Positions 1 through 10,600 of a stretch of 64,000 nucleotides of DNA are shown piece after piece. The position numbers and the translations under genes are program-made. This DNA is from an uncultured Actinomycetota bacterium (lineage in GTDB: Bacteria; Actinomycetota; Thermoleophilia; RBG-16-64-13): the NCBI GenBank assembly GCA_963721365.1, contig CAVRJE010000023.1:110668-174667 (forward strand). Reading direction: 5' to 3'. The stretch's first letter is position 1. Each line of letters begins with the position of its first letter. A model generated the notes under the pieces. The model worked only from the letters and a program-made list of their open reading frames with translations, was not told where the DNA came from and did no database searches.

Positions 1-25
1 GTGCTAACCGGCTGTACCGGCGTCT

Positions 26-382
26 TCACCCGGGATCCGGCCCACCGTCGGCCGGTGTCCGTTCGAGCAGGGCGAGCCGGTGCTCGAGTTGGCGGACGCG
101 CATCTCGAGGTCTTCGAGGTCTCGCCTGGTGGAGAGGCCGAAATCGCGCAAGGCGCCCTGGAGAGAGGAGTCGGCCTTCTTGACGGCCGATCGGGCCTCG
201 TCGCGGCTGCGCGCCACGAGCTTGTCGACCATCTCCCGGCCCTCGTCACTGCTCAGCTCGCCCCGCTTGACGAACTCTTCCACCAGTTCCTGCACGCGGT
301 CCTTGGTAAAGGCCGCGGCCCCTACCCCGACCAAGAACGTCCGTTCGATCAAGTCCCGGATACTCTGACCATTGTCAACCAC
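26..382 (-). CDS. phasin-family / PHA granule-associated protein-like (COG3937-type coiled-coil protein)
   Basis: 118-aa ORF. N-terminus is IRDLIERTFLVGVGAAAFTKDRVQELVEEFVKRGEL. Heptad-rich C-terminus is typical of TIGR01837 phasins. Confidence 0.5.
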   Translation of the reverse strand: MVDNGQSIRDLIERTFLVGVGAAAFTKDRVQELVEEFVKRGELSSDEGREMVDKLVARSRDEARSAVKKADSSLQGALRDFGLSTRRDLEDLEMRVRQLEHRLALLERTPADGGPDPG

Positions 383-655
383 AGCATCCTCCTTTCGACG
401 AGACGCATACGCGGATCACTTTCCTGGCGGCCGCTTTGGAGGTCTTACCCTTTTTCGACTTTTGCGAAACGCCCGCCTGTTTGGGTTTGGGCTTGGCGCC
501 GCTCGGGCTGCCGCTCGGACGGGCAGCCGGGGTGGCGGACGCAGCCGCGGTCGCGACGACCGGCGTGTCGAGGTCTAGCTGCACAACACCGTCCTCCAGG
601 ACCACACCGCCATCGCGCCCGCGACGGCCAGGCGCTTGCGGTAGCGAGGCTCCCG

Positions 656-2908
656 CTACTTCCACAGCACCACCAGCGGTGAAGCAACGAAGAAGGACGA
701 GTAGGTGCCGGTGAGCACACCGATGGTCAGCGCGAACGCGAAGTCCTTGAGCGTCGGACCGCCGAATATGAGGATGGCCAGCAGCGGCAGGAGCAGCGCG
801 ATGGTCGTGTTGATCGACCTGATCAGGGTCTGCGGGATCGACAGGTCGACCATGTCGCCGTAGGTCTCTTTCTTCATGAGCGGCGTGTTCTCTCGGATGC
901 GGTCGAACACGATGATGGTGTCGTGCACCGAGTACCCCAGGATGGTCAAGATGGCGGCGACCGTCGCCGTGGTCACCAACCGGTTGCTGGCCGCGTAGAT
1001 GCCCAGCGTCAACCCCACATCGTGCAGCAGCGCGACGATGGCCGGGATAGCGAACTTGAACTCGAAGCGGAAGGTGAGGTAGCCGATGATCGCGATGATC
1101 GCGATGGCACACGCGATGAAGGCGCGATTGGTCGTCTCCTTCCCGAAGCTCGCCCCTACCGATTCTGTCCCCGTCGCTTCTCCCTTGGTGCCAAACCGGC
1201 CGTCGAGTTCGGCGAGTACCTGCTTGGACTGGGCGTCGGTCATATCCTGCGCAGTGATCATGAAGGAGTGGGTGCCGCTGGCGCCGGTGACTTCCTGGAC
1301 CACCGGATCCTTGATGCCCATATCGCTCACGAGCGAGCGGACCTGGTCGACGGTGGCCTCCTGTTCCAGCCCCACCTCCATGCGGGTGCCGCCCTTGAAG
1401 TCGATGCCGAAGTCAAGGCCGACGGCAAAGACCGTGATGATCGCGAACACGGTGACCGCGCCCAGCGTGCTCAGGAACCACCACTTGTAGCGCATGAAGT
1501 GATAGATCTTCACGCCTCCAGCGCGCACGTGCAGACCGAGCAGCTTTGGATTGCGGAACGGCTTCCAGCCGCTGAGCAGGCTGAGCATGGACCGCGTGAC
1601 CAGGACGGCGGTGAACATGGAGAGCGCGACGCCGATGCCGAGCGTCAGGGCGAAGCCCTTGATGCTGCCCGAGGCTGCCCAGAACAGGATGATGGCGGTG
1701 ATGATCGTGGTCATGTTGCAGTCGAAGACAGCCCGGAATGCCTTCTTGAAGCCCGCGCTCGTCGCGGCCTGGATCGTCTTGCCGGCGGCCACCTCGTCCC
1801 GCATGCGGGCGAAGATGAGCACGTTGGCGTCGACCGCCATCCCCAGGGTGAGGATCATGCCGGCAATGCCGGGCAAGGTCATCGTCACCCCTATGCCGTT
1901 CAGGATGCCGATGAAGAGCACCCCATAGATGATGAGCGCGATACTCGCGACGACCCCGAGCAGGCGGTAGTACGCGATCATAAAGATCATGACCAGCAGC
2001 AGGCCGACAGCGCCCGCGAGAAGCGCCTGATTGAGTGCGGACTTACCGAGGATGGCTCCGATGCTGCTCTGGCTCACCGGCGCAAGTTGCACCGGCAGGC
2101 GGCCGGTGTTCAAGACCAGAGCCAGGTTCCTCGCTTCCTCCAGGCTGAACTTGCCGCTGATCTCGGCGTTGCCTCCGGAGATCTCTTCGCGCACCGTAGG
2201 CGCGGACTCGACTTTGCCGTCGAGGACGATGGCCAGACGCTGGGTCTCGCCGGTGATCTGCGCGGTCTCGGCCATCTTCTTGGTGACCGCGCCGAACGCG
2301 GCCGCGCCATCGGACTTGAACTTCATGTCGACCTTGGGCCGGTTGTTTGAATCGTAGCCCACTCCGGCACTGTCGAGCATGCCGCCGTTGACCGCCGGGG
2401 GCGTGGTGACGACGAACCATTGGTCTGCCGCGGACGGATTATCCGCGGCAGCCGGCCACTGGACGATCTCGGTGCCGGCCGGAAGTTGATCGGCGGAAGT
2501 CGCCCCTGCCGCCTTGAGGGCCTCCTCCTCGCTGGCGTACGGCGTGACGAACTGCTTGATGTCGAAGAACTCGAGCACAGCGGTCTTGCCGATGACCTGC
2601 AGCGCCTGGTCAGGATTCTTGATACCAGGCAGCTGCACGCTGATCTTGTCCTGCCCCTGCCGCTGGATCTCGGGCTCGGCTACACCCAGCCTGTTGACGC
2701 GGTCCTGGATGACCTTGACCGCTTGGTCCATGGAATCGTTGGTGACCGGGTTGGTGGCTGTCGGCTGCGCCTGAAGGATGACCGACAGGCCCCCCTGCAG
2801 GTCCAGGCCGAGATTGGTCTTCTGTATCGGGAACGCAAGCCAGGCGGCGATACCGAGCAGGATCGCCACGAGTATCAGTATCCCTGCGTCACGCTTTACT
2901 CTGGACAA
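656..2908 (-). CDS. secDF: protein translocase subunit SecDF (fused SecD-SecF)
   Basis: 750-aa ORF. N-terminal signal anchor, a large periplasmic domain, and twelve hydrophobic helices. SecD/SecF motifs present, e.g. GLDLQGG and LGVxxDANVLIFxRxRDE. Sits downstream of yajC as in the conserved supraoperon. Confidence 0.9.
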   Translation of the reverse strand: MSRVKRDAGILILVAILLGIAAWLAFPIQKTNLGLDLQGGLSVILQAQPTATNPVTNDSMDQAVKVIQDRVNRLGVAEPEIQRQGQDKISVQLPGIKNPDQALQVIGKTAVLEFFDIKQFVTPYASEEEALKAAGATSADQLPAGTEIVQWPAAADNPSAADQWFVVTTPPAVNGGMLDSAGVGYDSNNRPKVDMKFKSDGAAAFGAVTKKMAETAQITGETQRLAIVLDGKVESAPTVREEISGGNAEISGKFSLEEARNLALVLNTGRLPVQLAPVSQSSIGAILGKSALNQALLAGAVGLLLVMIFMIAYYRLLGVVASIALIIYGVLFIGILNGIGVTMTLPGIAGMILTLGMAVDANVLIFARMRDEVAAGKTIQAATSAGFKKAFRAVFDCNMTTIITAIILFWAASGSIKGFALTLGIGVALSMFTAVLVTRSMLSLLSGWKPFRNPKLLGLHVRAGGVKIYHFMRYKWWFLSTLGAVTVFAIITVFAVGLDFGIDFKGGTRMEVGLEQEATVDQVRSLVSDMGIKDPVVQEVTGASGTHSFMITAQDMTDAQSKQVLAELDGRFGTKGEATGTESVGASFGKETTNRAFIACAIAIIAIIGYLTFRFEFKFAIPAIVALLHDVGLTLGIYAASNRLVTTATVAAILTILGYSVHDTIIVFDRIRENTPLMKKETYGDMVDLSIPQTLIRSINTTIALLLPLLAILIFGGPTLKDFAFALTIGVLTGTYSSFFVASPLVVLWK

Positions 2909-2987
2909 CAGCGCACCTTCCTGCGAACGGTTGGATTACGTGGCTATGCGCGTGGATAAGGCCGCGTCGCCTCTCCCGAAAAGTCCG

Positions 2988-3392
2988 TCACCTTTGCGAC
3001 GAGTCGCTTCCTTCGCTGGTTTCGTCGGAGCCGGCCGCGGTGTCGTCTGCCGGCTCGTCGACCGGCTCGTCGGCCGGCTCTATCTCGGCGGGAGCGTTCT
3101 TGCCGCGCGCCGGACCCTCTGGCGCCGCAGCCCTGGCTTCGGCCTGGTCACGGATGATCTCGCCGACGGCGCGCCGGGCGATCTTGACCGTGACGCCCTT
3201 CGCGACTTCGACCACCACGATGTTTTCCTCGACCCTTCTCACCGTGCCGTAGATGCCGGCCGAGGTGATGATGCGGTCGCCCTTCTTGAGCGAGGACAGC
3301 AACGCCGCGTGCGCCTTACGCTGCCGCTGCTGCGGTCTGATCGCCATAAAGTAGAAGATGGCGATGAAGGCCACGACATAGATGATCAACAT
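2988..3392 (-). CDS. yajC: preprotein translocase subunit YajC
   Basis: Single TM helix MLIIYVVAFIAIFYFMAIRPQQRQRK followed by KGDRIITSAGIYGTV, the YajC signature. The upstream in-frame extension to 3467 is probably spurious. Confidence 0.8.
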   Translation of the reverse strand: MLIIYVVAFIAIFYFMAIRPQQRQRKAHAALLSSLKKGDRIITSAGIYGTVRRVEENIVVVEVAKGVTVKIARRAVGEIIRDQAEARAAAPEGPARGKNAPAEIEPADEPVDEPADDTAAGSDETSEGSDSSQR

Positions 3393-3475
3393 GCCTGCTG
3401 AACCGCCCAATTGTCCTCCTTCTAGTGAACCGCTCGAGGGGCGTCGAGCGGGAACCAGCCCCAACACACGAGAGG

Positions 3476-4621
3476 CTATCTTACCAGAAAGCCCGCCCCG
3501 AGACCGCTTCGGAAAGCGGCGAAACGCCCCTCGACGATGGCCTGTCTCGCCTCCCCCACCAGCGTGGTCAGGAAGGTCAGATTATGCTCGGTTAGCAGGA
3601 TGATCCCGAGGATCTCCTTCTGCATGACGAAGTGCCTGATCGCCCCCCTCGAGAACCTGGCGCAGGCCGAGCAGGGGCAGCCTGGATCCAGAGGCTCGGT
3701 GGAGAAGGCGTGCTCGGCGTTGCGCAGATTGAGCCGGCCGGTGCGCGTGAAGGCCGTGCCCATCCTGGCGGTCCTGGTGGGAAGTACGCAGTCGAAGATG
3801 TCGACCCCGCGCCCGATGACTTCGACGAGTCCCTCGGGGTCTCCGATGCCCATGAAGTAGCGGAGCCGGTCCTCGGGCAGAAGCGACGCGGCCAGTGAGG
3901 TGGTCTCGAGCATGGCGTTGCGGTCCTCGCCCACGGTGAGGCCCCCTATGGCGTACCCGGGAAAGCCGATCTCCTGCAAGCGTTCGGCGCTCGCCCGTCG
4001 CAGTCGCGGTATCACCCCGCCCTGCATGATGCCCAGCAGCATCTGGGGCCCGTCGGTGCCGAGACCGTCGTGCTCCTTATGAGCCCGTTTGCACCTTTCC
4101 GCCCAGTTCGACGTGCGCCTCACCGCCTCGGCCACCTCGGACTCCGTCGCGGTCCCCGGGGGGCACTGATCGAAGCACATGATGAAGTCGGCGCCGAGCG
4201 TCTGCTGCTCCGCCATGGCCCGTTCCGGGCTGAAGACGTGCTTCGAGCCGTCGTAGATGGACCGGAAGGCCACCCCGCTGTCGTCGACCTTCGCCGTGTC
4301 CCGGAGGCTGAACACCTGGTATCCCCCACTGTCGGTGAGTAGAGGGCCATCCCACTGCATGAAGGCGTGCAGACCCCCCAGACGGCGGACGGTCTCGCTG
4401 CCCGGCCGGAGTGCCAGGTGATAGGTATTGGCAAGCACTATCTGCGCGCCGACGGCCTTCAGCCGGTCGGGCGTCATCGCCTTGACCGTTCCCTTGGTCC
4501 CCACCGGCATGAAGCAGGGGGTGCGCACGGCGCCGCGCGGCGTCTCCAGCACGCCCGCCCGGGCCTCTCCATCGCGGGCTTCGATGGAGAAGGGGAAGTC
4601 CGGGAGACCGTCAAGCGTCCG
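3476..4621 (-). CDS. tgt: queuine tRNA-ribosyltransferase
   Basis: Contains [13 protein letters not shown]...LANTYHL. A zinc site CxCxxC...H lies near the C-terminus. The likely start is MRTLDGL, internal to the 413-aa ORF. Confidence 0.9.
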   Translation of the reverse strand, partial: RTLDGLPDFPFSIEARDGEARAGVLETPRGAVRTPCFMPVGTKGTVKAMTPDRLKAVGAQIVLANTYHLALRPGSETVRRLGGLHAFMQWDGPLLTDSGGYQVFSLRDTAKVDDSGVAFRSIYDGSKHVFSPERAMAEQQTLGADFIMCFDQCPPGTATESEVAEAVRRTSNWAERCKRAHKEHDGLGTDGPQMLLGIMQGGVIPRLRRASAERLQEIGFPGYAIGGLTVGEDRNAMLETTSLAASLLPEDRLRYFMGIGDPEGLVEVIGRGVDIFDCVLPTRTARMGTAFTRTGRLNLRNAEHAFSTEPLDPGCPCSACARFSRGAIRHFVMQKEILGIILLTEHNLTFLTTLVGEARQAIVEGRFAAFRSGLGAGFLVR

Positions 4622-4791
4622 CATCGCGCGCCTCCGCCAGCATGGCATCCCCGAAACTGAAGAACCGGTAGCCGAGGGCGATGGCCTCGGCGTACGCTTG
4701 GCGCAACCGCTCGACACCGACGAAGGCCATCGTCAGCGCGAGGACGGTGCTCCGCGGAAGGTGGAAGTTGGTGAGAAGCACGTCCACGGCT

Positions 4792-5677
4792 CTAAAACGG
4801 TAGCCCGGGGTGATGTAGATGTCGGTCGAGCCGCTCAGCGGCTCCAGCCGCCGGCGAGTCGTCGAGCGCTCCCAGGGCGGCCAGAGTCTCCAGTACCCGG
4901 GTGGCGGTCGTCCCCACGGCCACCAGTCTGCGCCCGGAGGCGCGAGCGGCGCGGATGGTTCGGAGGGCTTCCGCGGAGACTGAAAACGCTTCGCGGTGAA
5001 TCTTGTGATGCTCCACCGTTTGCTCGCGGATGGGCTGGAACGTGTCGAGCCCTACGTGCAAGGTGACGTATGCCGAACCCATACCTGCGGCTTCCAACCG
5101 CGACAGCAGCTCGGGGGTGAAATGCAGGCCGGCGGTCGGGGCGGCCGCCGAGCCCGGCGTGGCCGCGTAGACGGTCTGGTAGCTGGCTGGCTCCGCAGGA
5201 TAGCTCTTTATGTACGGCGGGAGCGGCAAACGCCCGTGCTCTTCCATGAGTGCCACCAACGACCGGGAAGGCGGGCCCTCAACCATCCAGCGCCCCTCTC
5301 CCATCCGGCCGTCCAGACGAAGGGTCTGCCCGTCGGGCAGCGAGAGCTCCTCCCCAGGTCGTAGCCGGTGCGAGGGACGGGCCAGGGCTTCCCAGCGCTC
5401 TCCCGTACCCCCGTCATGGCTCTGTGGGCCGCAGGAACAGCAACTCGACCTTCCCCCCCGTCGCCCTTCGCCCCTCGATCCTGGCGGGAAGCACCCGGGA
5501 ATCGTTGAAAACCAGGGTGTCGCCAGGCCGAAGGATATCCGGCAACGACGAGAACCGCCGGTGATGGCGGCGTCCGTCGGCGGGGAGATGCATCAGGCGG
5601 CACGAGTCCCGCGGCACCAGCGGCTCCTGTGCGATGAGTCCTTCGGGGATGTCGAAGTCGAGTTCCTCGAGCTGCAT
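4792..5677 (-). CDS. queA: S-adenosylmethionine:tRNA ribosyltransferase-isomerase, broken by two frame shifts
   Basis: N-terminal piece at 5414..5686 reads [19 protein letters not shown]...[15 protein letters not shown]. Middle and C-terminal piece at 4792..5304 reads LPLPPYIK...GLHFTPELL...[10 protein letters not shown]. The pieces are in different frames, so at least two indels lie between them. Confidence 0.8.
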
Positions 5678-5711
5678 CCCCGTCACCCGACCCGGGGACG
5701 TGCAGTCAGGA

Positions 5712-5930
5712 TCATCGGCGGTTCAAGAAATGGAGGGTGAGCGAGACGATGACGCTTATCAGGATCATCAAACCGATGGGAACGATGACGGTCGCGTTCT
5801 TGCCCCGGTAGACGAAGGTGCCGGGGAGGTGAGTCCATCCCAGCTTACCCAGGAGGATGAGCAAGCCACCGAGCACGATGATGCCGAGGCCTACCCACAG
5901 AAGGATCTTGCCGAGGCCCTCAAGCGCCAC
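5712..5930 (-). CDS. DUF2905 family small membrane protein
   Basis: 72 aa with two TM helices. Sequence LGKILLWVGLGIIVLGGLLILLGKLGW...LPGTFVYRGKN matches DUF2905. It sits in the ruvB-queA neighbourhood where this family is often found. Confidence 0.6.
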   Translation of the reverse strand: MALEGLGKILLWVGLGIIVLGGLLILLGKLGWTHLPGTFVYRGKNATVIVPIGLMILISVIVSLTLHFLNRR

Positions 5931-6477
5931 GGAACCGCTCCCACTCCGATACGAGGCAGCCGCAGTGCTTCTGCCGGTATATCCCCCATTCCCGGCTCAG
6001 CCGGCGTGATTCCCCGTAGTGGCGCCTTAGGTCCTCGTAGAGGAACTCCACGTCGTAGTGGCGCGATGCCTGTTCTCCTCCGGCTCGGATGGCTTCATGA
6101 TCCTGATATGGGCTGATAGAGAGGGTCGTGGAGAAGGCCGAGCATTCTCGGGCCGCCGCCTCTTCGGCCGTCCGCATCAATCGCTGCGCGATGCAGCGCC
6201 GGCAGCGGGATCCCTCCCCAGGGATCACTGACGCGAACCAGGCCGCCGGGTCGTACTGCGGGTCTTCGACCATCTCTATGCCGGTCATCTCGGCGATGTC
6301 TCGGGCCCCGGTCGCCCGGCGCCGCCACTCGAGCAGAGGATGGATGTTCGGGTTGAAGAAGAAGCCGGTCACGTCTACCCCGCGGCCTTTCCAGACCGGG
6401 ATGGTGGCAGTCGCACACGGACCGCAGCAGGTGTGGAGCAACAGCTTCATGGACGCACGCGGCCCTGCCGCTTTCAC
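5920..6477 (-). CDS. queH: epoxyqueuosine reductase QueH (DUF208)
   Basis: [11 protein letters not shown] motif plus downstream Cys residues (CRRC). Length about 185 aa. Adjacent to queA and tgt. Confidence 0.75.
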   Translation of the reverse strand: MKAAGPRASMKLLLHTCCGPCATATIPVWKGRGVDVTGFFFNPNIHPLLEWRRRATGARDIAEMTGIEMVEDPQYDPAAWFASVIPGEGSRCRRCIAQRLMRTAEEAAARECSAFSTTLSISPYQDHEAIRAGGEQASRHYDVEFLYEDLRRHYGESRRLSREWGIYRQKHCGCLVSEWERFRGA

Positions 6478-7517
6478 CCGAATAGGGTGCCGGGCCGCGG
6501 CTCCTGGGCCGCCGCCGGAGGCGTGACGCCACAGTGCTCGTAGCCGAGCCGGGTGACAACCCGCCCTCTGGGCGTACGCATCAGGAACCCCCGCTGGAGC
6601 AGGAAGGGCTCGTACACGTCTTCGATGGTGTCGGCCTCCTCGCCGATGGCGACGGCCAGAGTGGAGAGCCCCACAGGGCCGCCGTCGAACTTGTGGAGGA
6701 TGAGGTTGAGGATCTCCCGGTCCACGCGGTCGAGACCTTCATCGTCCACTTCGAACAGACGCAACGCTTCGAGCGCGATATCGCTGGTGATGCTCCCCTG
6801 GTGACGTACCTGTGCGAAGTCGCGTACTCGCCGAAGCAGCCTGTTGGCTATTCGCGGCGTGCCTCGCGAACGCAATGCCAGCTCTCGCGCCCCCTCCGTG
6901 TCGATGGCCACCGCCAGGATGTCGGCCGAACGTTCGACGATGAGACGGAGATCGTCCACGGAGTAGTAGTCCAGGCGGTGTGAGAACCCGAAGCGGTCGC
7001 GGAGAGGCGTGGTGATGAGTCCCGACCGGGTGGTGGCGCCGATGAGGGTGAAGCGCGGCACTTCCAGCCGTATCGTCCGGGCGCTCGGCCCCTGCCCTAT
7101 GACGATGTCGATCTCGAAGTCCTCCATCGCCGGATAGAGGATCTCCTCGATGGACCGGTTCAACCGGTGGATCTCGTCGATGAACAGCACATCCCCTTCC
7201 TGCAGGTGAGTGAGGATGGCTGCCATGTCGGCCTTCCGCTCGAGCGCCGGGCCGGAGGTGGTGGAGATGTTGACTCCCATCTCCAAGGCGATGATGTTGG
7301 CGAGAGTGGTCTTGCCCAGCCCCGGGGGTCCGGCCAGCAGGACGTGGTCGAGCGGCTCCCCTCGGGACTTCGCCGCCGCTATGAATATGCCCAGTTGTTC
7401 CCGGAGCATGGGCTGCCCCACAAACGCCCCGAGTGAGCGGGGGCGAAGCGACCGCTCCAGTTCCTGTTCGAGCGGAGCTTCCTCGGGGTCCGCCAATCTC
7501 TCCTGTTCGGCCGTCAT
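6474..7517 (-). CDS. ruvB: Holliday junction branch migration helicase RuvB
   Basis: Walker [21 protein letters not shown] and sensor motifs present. 347 aa. Confidence 0.95.
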   Translation of the reverse strand: MTAEQERLADPEEAPLEQELERSLRPRSLGAFVGQPMLREQLGIFIAAAKSRGEPLDHVLLAGPPGLGKTTLANIIALEMGVNISTTSGPALERKADMAAILTHLQEGDVLFIDEIHRLNRSIEEILYPAMEDFEIDIVIGQGPSARTIRLEVPRFTLIGATTRSGLITTPLRDRFGFSHRLDYYSVDDLRLIVERSADILAVAIDTEGARELALRSRGTPRIANRLLRRVRDFAQVRHQGSITSDIALEALRLFEVDDEGLDRVDREILNLILHKFDGGPVGLSTLAVAIGEEADTIEDVYEPFLLQRGFLMRTPRGRVVTRLGYEHCGVTPPAAAQEPRPGTLFG

Positions 7518-8104
7518 GGCTTGCCGCCCAGCGCTTGCCGGATAATGTCCTCGACCGGCTGGTCGGGCTCCACCCGGGCCAGCAACTTATCGGCCTCGGC
7601 TGCCCCGAATCCCAACTCGACGAGCGCCGCCCGGGCCAGCGACAGCGGGCCGTCATCGGCAGCTATGAGGCCAGAGGCTGTCGAGCCGAGCGGTAGCCCG
7701 GGCTCGCCTACTTTGTCCTTGAGCTCGAGGATGAGACGTTCAGCGGTCTTTCGCCCGATGCCCGGGACGGCCGCGAAGACCGCCACGTCGCCCGCGAAGA
7801 GAGCACGCTTGAGATCGAGCGGCCGGCGCGACGACAATGCAGCCAGAGCCAGTTTGGGACCTATCTTGCTTACCCCCAGGAAAAGCCGGAACAGCTCGCG
7901 CTCCTCATCGGTGGAGAAACCGTAGAGCTGGAGCGCATCTTCGCGCACCTGAAGGTGGGTCAGAAGCACGACCGGGGCCCCGAGGGCCGGCAGGTCCCGG
8001 AATGTGACCGCCGACACTTCCACGAGAAAGCCTACGCCACCCACGTCCACGACGACCGCTTCCCCCGCGATCGCGGCCAGCGTTCCTGTCAGCCTTTCGA
8101 TCAT
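7514..8104 (-). CDS. ruvA: Holliday junction DNA helicase RuvA
   Basis: Start is MIERLTGTL. HhH motifs present, e.g. [16 protein letters not shown]...[12 protein letters not shown]. Overlaps the ruvB start and the ruvC stop. Confidence 0.9.
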   Translation of the reverse strand: MIERLTGTLAAIAGEAVVVDVGGVGFLVEVSAVTFRDLPALGAPVVLLTHLQVREDALQLYGFSTDEERELFRLFLGVSKIGPKLALAALSSRRPLDLKRALFAGDVAVFAAVPGIGRKTAERLILELKDKVGEPGLPLGSTASGLIAADDGPLSLARAALVELGFGAAEADKLLARVEPDQPVEDIIRQALGGKP

Positions 8105-8646
8105 CGGGCGCTCCGCCGCGCCGCCTCGGCGTTCTCGCTCTTGCGGATGCCTTCGCGGATACCGCAAGTGTTGGCGTGGCAGATGGCGACCCCAAGCGCG
8201 TCGGCCGCATGGTCCGAGCGCGGGGCGACCGGCAACGCGAGGAGAACGCGGACCATCTCCATGACCTGCTCCTTGCTGGCCCTGCCGTAGCCCACCACGG
8301 CCTGCTTGATCTGCTGCGGCGTGTACTCGAACACCTCACACTCCGCCTGGGAGCATGCCAGCAGCGTCACCCCCCGAGCCTGGCCCACCGCGAGGGCTGT
8401 CCGTACGTTAGCGTTGAAGAACAGGGATTCCACCGCGGTCGCCGACGGCCGATACTTGGCGATCAGCACGCTCGTCTCGGTAAAGATCTGCTCAAGGCGT
8501 CGCTCGAGAGGCACGCCCGCGGGCGTCTCCATGACGCCGAAGTCCAGGGCGTGTAGCCGGTTGCCGACGAGTGATATGACCCCGAAGCCCGTGGAGGCAG
8601 TGCCTGGGTCGAGGCCAAGGATCACCCGGCCGGCCTGCTCCATCAT
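8101..8646 (-). CDS. ruvC: crossover junction endodeoxyribonuclease RuvC
   Basis: N-terminus is ILGLDPGTASTGFGV. Catalytic acidic residues conserved. 181 aa. Confidence 0.9.
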   Translation of the reverse strand: MMEQAGRVILGLDPGTASTGFGVISLVGNRLHALDFGVMETPAGVPLERRLEQIFTETSVLIAKYRPSATAVESLFFNANVRTALAVGQARGVTLLACSQAECEVFEYTPQQIKQAVVGYGRASKEQVMEMVRVLLALPVAPRSDHAADALGVAICHANTCGIREGIRKSENAEAARRSAR

Positions 8647-8662
8647 ACGGACAGCGCCACCC

Positions 8663-9415
8663 TCACCCGGCCAGGGCTTCCATGACTTCGTCGGGGACGT
8701 CGAAGTTGGCGTATACCTCTTGGACGTCGTCGTTGTCTTCCAACGCGTCGAGGAGGCGGAGCGTCTTGCGCGCGTCGCTCTCGTCCAGCGCCACTGTGTT
8801 CTTGGGAATCATGGTGAGCTCGGCCGAGCTGTACTTGATCCCTGCCTGCTCGAGTCCCTGGCGCACGATCATGAAGTCCGCGACTTCGCAACGGATCTCG
8901 TATACATCGCCCTCAGGGATCACGTCTTCCGCACCCGCTTCGATTGCCGCCATCATGAGCTCGTCCTCGTCTCTGCCCGCGGCGTCGACGAAGATGACCC
9001 CCTTGCGCTCGAACATCCAGCTGACCGAGCCGTCGGTGCCCAGCTTGCCACCGCTACGGTCGAAGATGTAGCGGATATCGGCCGCCGTGCGGTTCTTGTT
9101 GTCGGTGAGAGCGGTGAGGTAGACCGCCACGCCGTTGGGCCCGTAGCCCTCATAGGTGAGGTGCAGATAGGTCTCGCCGTCGGCCCCGGCCCCGGTGCCC
9201 TTCTTGATAGCCCGATCGATGTTGTCGTGGGGCATGTTGGCGTCTTTCGCCTTCACGATGGCCTGCGCCAGCGTCGCGTTGTGATCGGGATCGCCCCCAC
9301 CTTCGCGAGCGGCGACAGTGATGGCCCGCGCCAGCTTGCCGAACAGGTTGCCCCGTTTGGCGTCGACAAGCGCCTTCTTGTGCTTGATCCCCGCCCATTT
9401 GGAATGCCCCGACAT
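8663..9415 (-). CDS. yebC: YebC/PmpR family DNA-binding transcriptional regulator
   Basis: N-terminus is MSGHSKWAGIKHKKA...KRGNLFGKLARAI, the canonical YebC family start. Confidence 0.9.
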   Translation of the reverse strand: MSGHSKWAGIKHKKALVDAKRGNLFGKLARAITVAAREGGGDPDHNATLAQAIVKAKDANMPHDNIDRAIKKGTGAGADGETYLHLTYEGYGPNGVAVYLTALTDNKNRTAADIRYIFDRSGGKLGTDGSVSWMFERKGVIFVDAAGRDEDELMMAAIEAGAEDVIPEGDVYEIRCEVADFMIVRQGLEQAGIKYSSAELTMIPKNTVALDESDARKTLRLLDALEDNDDVQEVYANFDVPDEVMEALAG

Positions 9416-9516
9416 GTTACAGACCTCCGCTCGAGCCCACGCTCGTCGTCGCTACCTTCGCACGCTGAAGAGTTTAGCCGAGGCTTCGGACGCCTTCAAC
9501 GAACGCCGCTAGACTC

Positions 9517-10411
9517 CTACCGCAACCAGCCGGATTCGGCCGCCCGGTCGCGCACCGCTCTCACCCGCGAGTCGTACAGGTCGCGATCCATGCTGTAGAT
9601 GGCGGCCGCCAGCGCGCTCACCAGACTGATGGGGCCGACGAGCGAGTGGGCGAAGAAGGTGGAGTCGATATCGGCGTACAGCGTCAGGTCTCCCTTGCCC
9701 GCCAACTCCGAAAGCGAGTTGTCGGTGATCACGACGACCGTGGCCCCCTGCTCCGCGGCCTTCTCGGCGAAGGAGATGGTGACCGAATGGGCTCTGCGAA
9801 AGCCGATGGCGAGGAGGAGATCGTCCGGGGGCCAACCGGCTCAGCCGGGCCACGTTCGATTCGGTGCTGTCGGTGACCGCAAGGCAGGGGATCCCCAGCA
9901 ACTCGAACACGTACGACGCGTGCTGGGCGACCACCGCGGCCTCGTGGAGGCCCACGACGAGCACCTGCCTGGCTTCGGCAAGCAGGTGGGCGGCGCGGTT
10001 GAACCGCTCCAGTGTGTTCTTGCTGATCGTCTCCTCAAGGCTCAGGGCGTCGGTCTTGAGCGAACGGGTGAGGACATCTTCCTCGATCGAGAAGCCCAGT
10101 TGGTCGTCGTGCATGACCGGTCTGGCCGTGGCGCCCAGCCGGTATTCGTCCCGGGCCGCCTTCTGCAGTTCGGGATAGCCGGCGAAACCGAGCGATTGCG
10201 CAAACCTCACCACCGTCGAACTCGACGTGGAGCCCTTGCGACCGAGTTCCTCCGCGCTCAGGTAGCCGACCTCTTCGAGGTGGTCGATGATGTAGCGGGC
10301 GATCGCCTTCTGCGAGCGGGAAAAGCCGTCGAAACCTTCCCTCAGCAGATCGCTCACTCGCCGTGGTCTTGCGTCGTCCAACTCCACTCCAAACACGCCG
10401 GAGAGTTGCAT
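9517..10411 (-). CDS. MurR/RpiR family transcriptional regulator with HTH and SIS domains; frame break near 9820-9850
   Basis: HTH_6 domain sequence FSRSQKAIARYIIDHLEEV...STVVRFAQSLGFAGYPEL. SIS domain begins VLVVGLHEAAVVAQHASY. The remainder of the SIS domain (ITDNSLSELAGKGDLTLYADIDS...) is in another frame, in ORF 9517..9732. Confidence 0.7.
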
Positions 10412-10600
10412 AGACTTAGATTATACAACGGATGTTGCAATCATCCTGCCCTCTCATCGGGCGCTGCTGGGGATTCCTTTAGCCGGACATCCGACGAAGG
10501 CGGCGGGCGGTGCTTGCCGACAGGTGCGGCAGGCCGCAAGAAGCGGCGGCGGACCCGAGGGGCCGCCGCTCCACTCATGCGCAGCGCTGCTGTGAGTCCT

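Noticed and set aside
375-1112. 245-aa ORF overlapping secDF, with a Lys-rich tail (…KPKPKQAGVSQKSKKGKTSKAAARK) in the 383-655 gap
   Set aside because: Most of it is antisense or out-of-frame to secDF. The tail in the secDF-phasin gap has no ATG and overlaps the phasin start. It might be a small basic protein but the support is insufficient.
923-2350. Long plus-strand ORFs (475 aa here; also 8306..9598, 15192..16412, 15265..16272, 18762..19814, 29733..30764, 57630..58676, 59614..60900 and 62305..63555) antisense to well-supported genes
   Set aside because: They are Arg, Gly and Asp-rich, low-complexity translations with no recognisable motifs. Each lies opposite a high-confidence conserved gene. 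This is the usual stop-codon-poor antisense frame of a roughly 70% GC genome.
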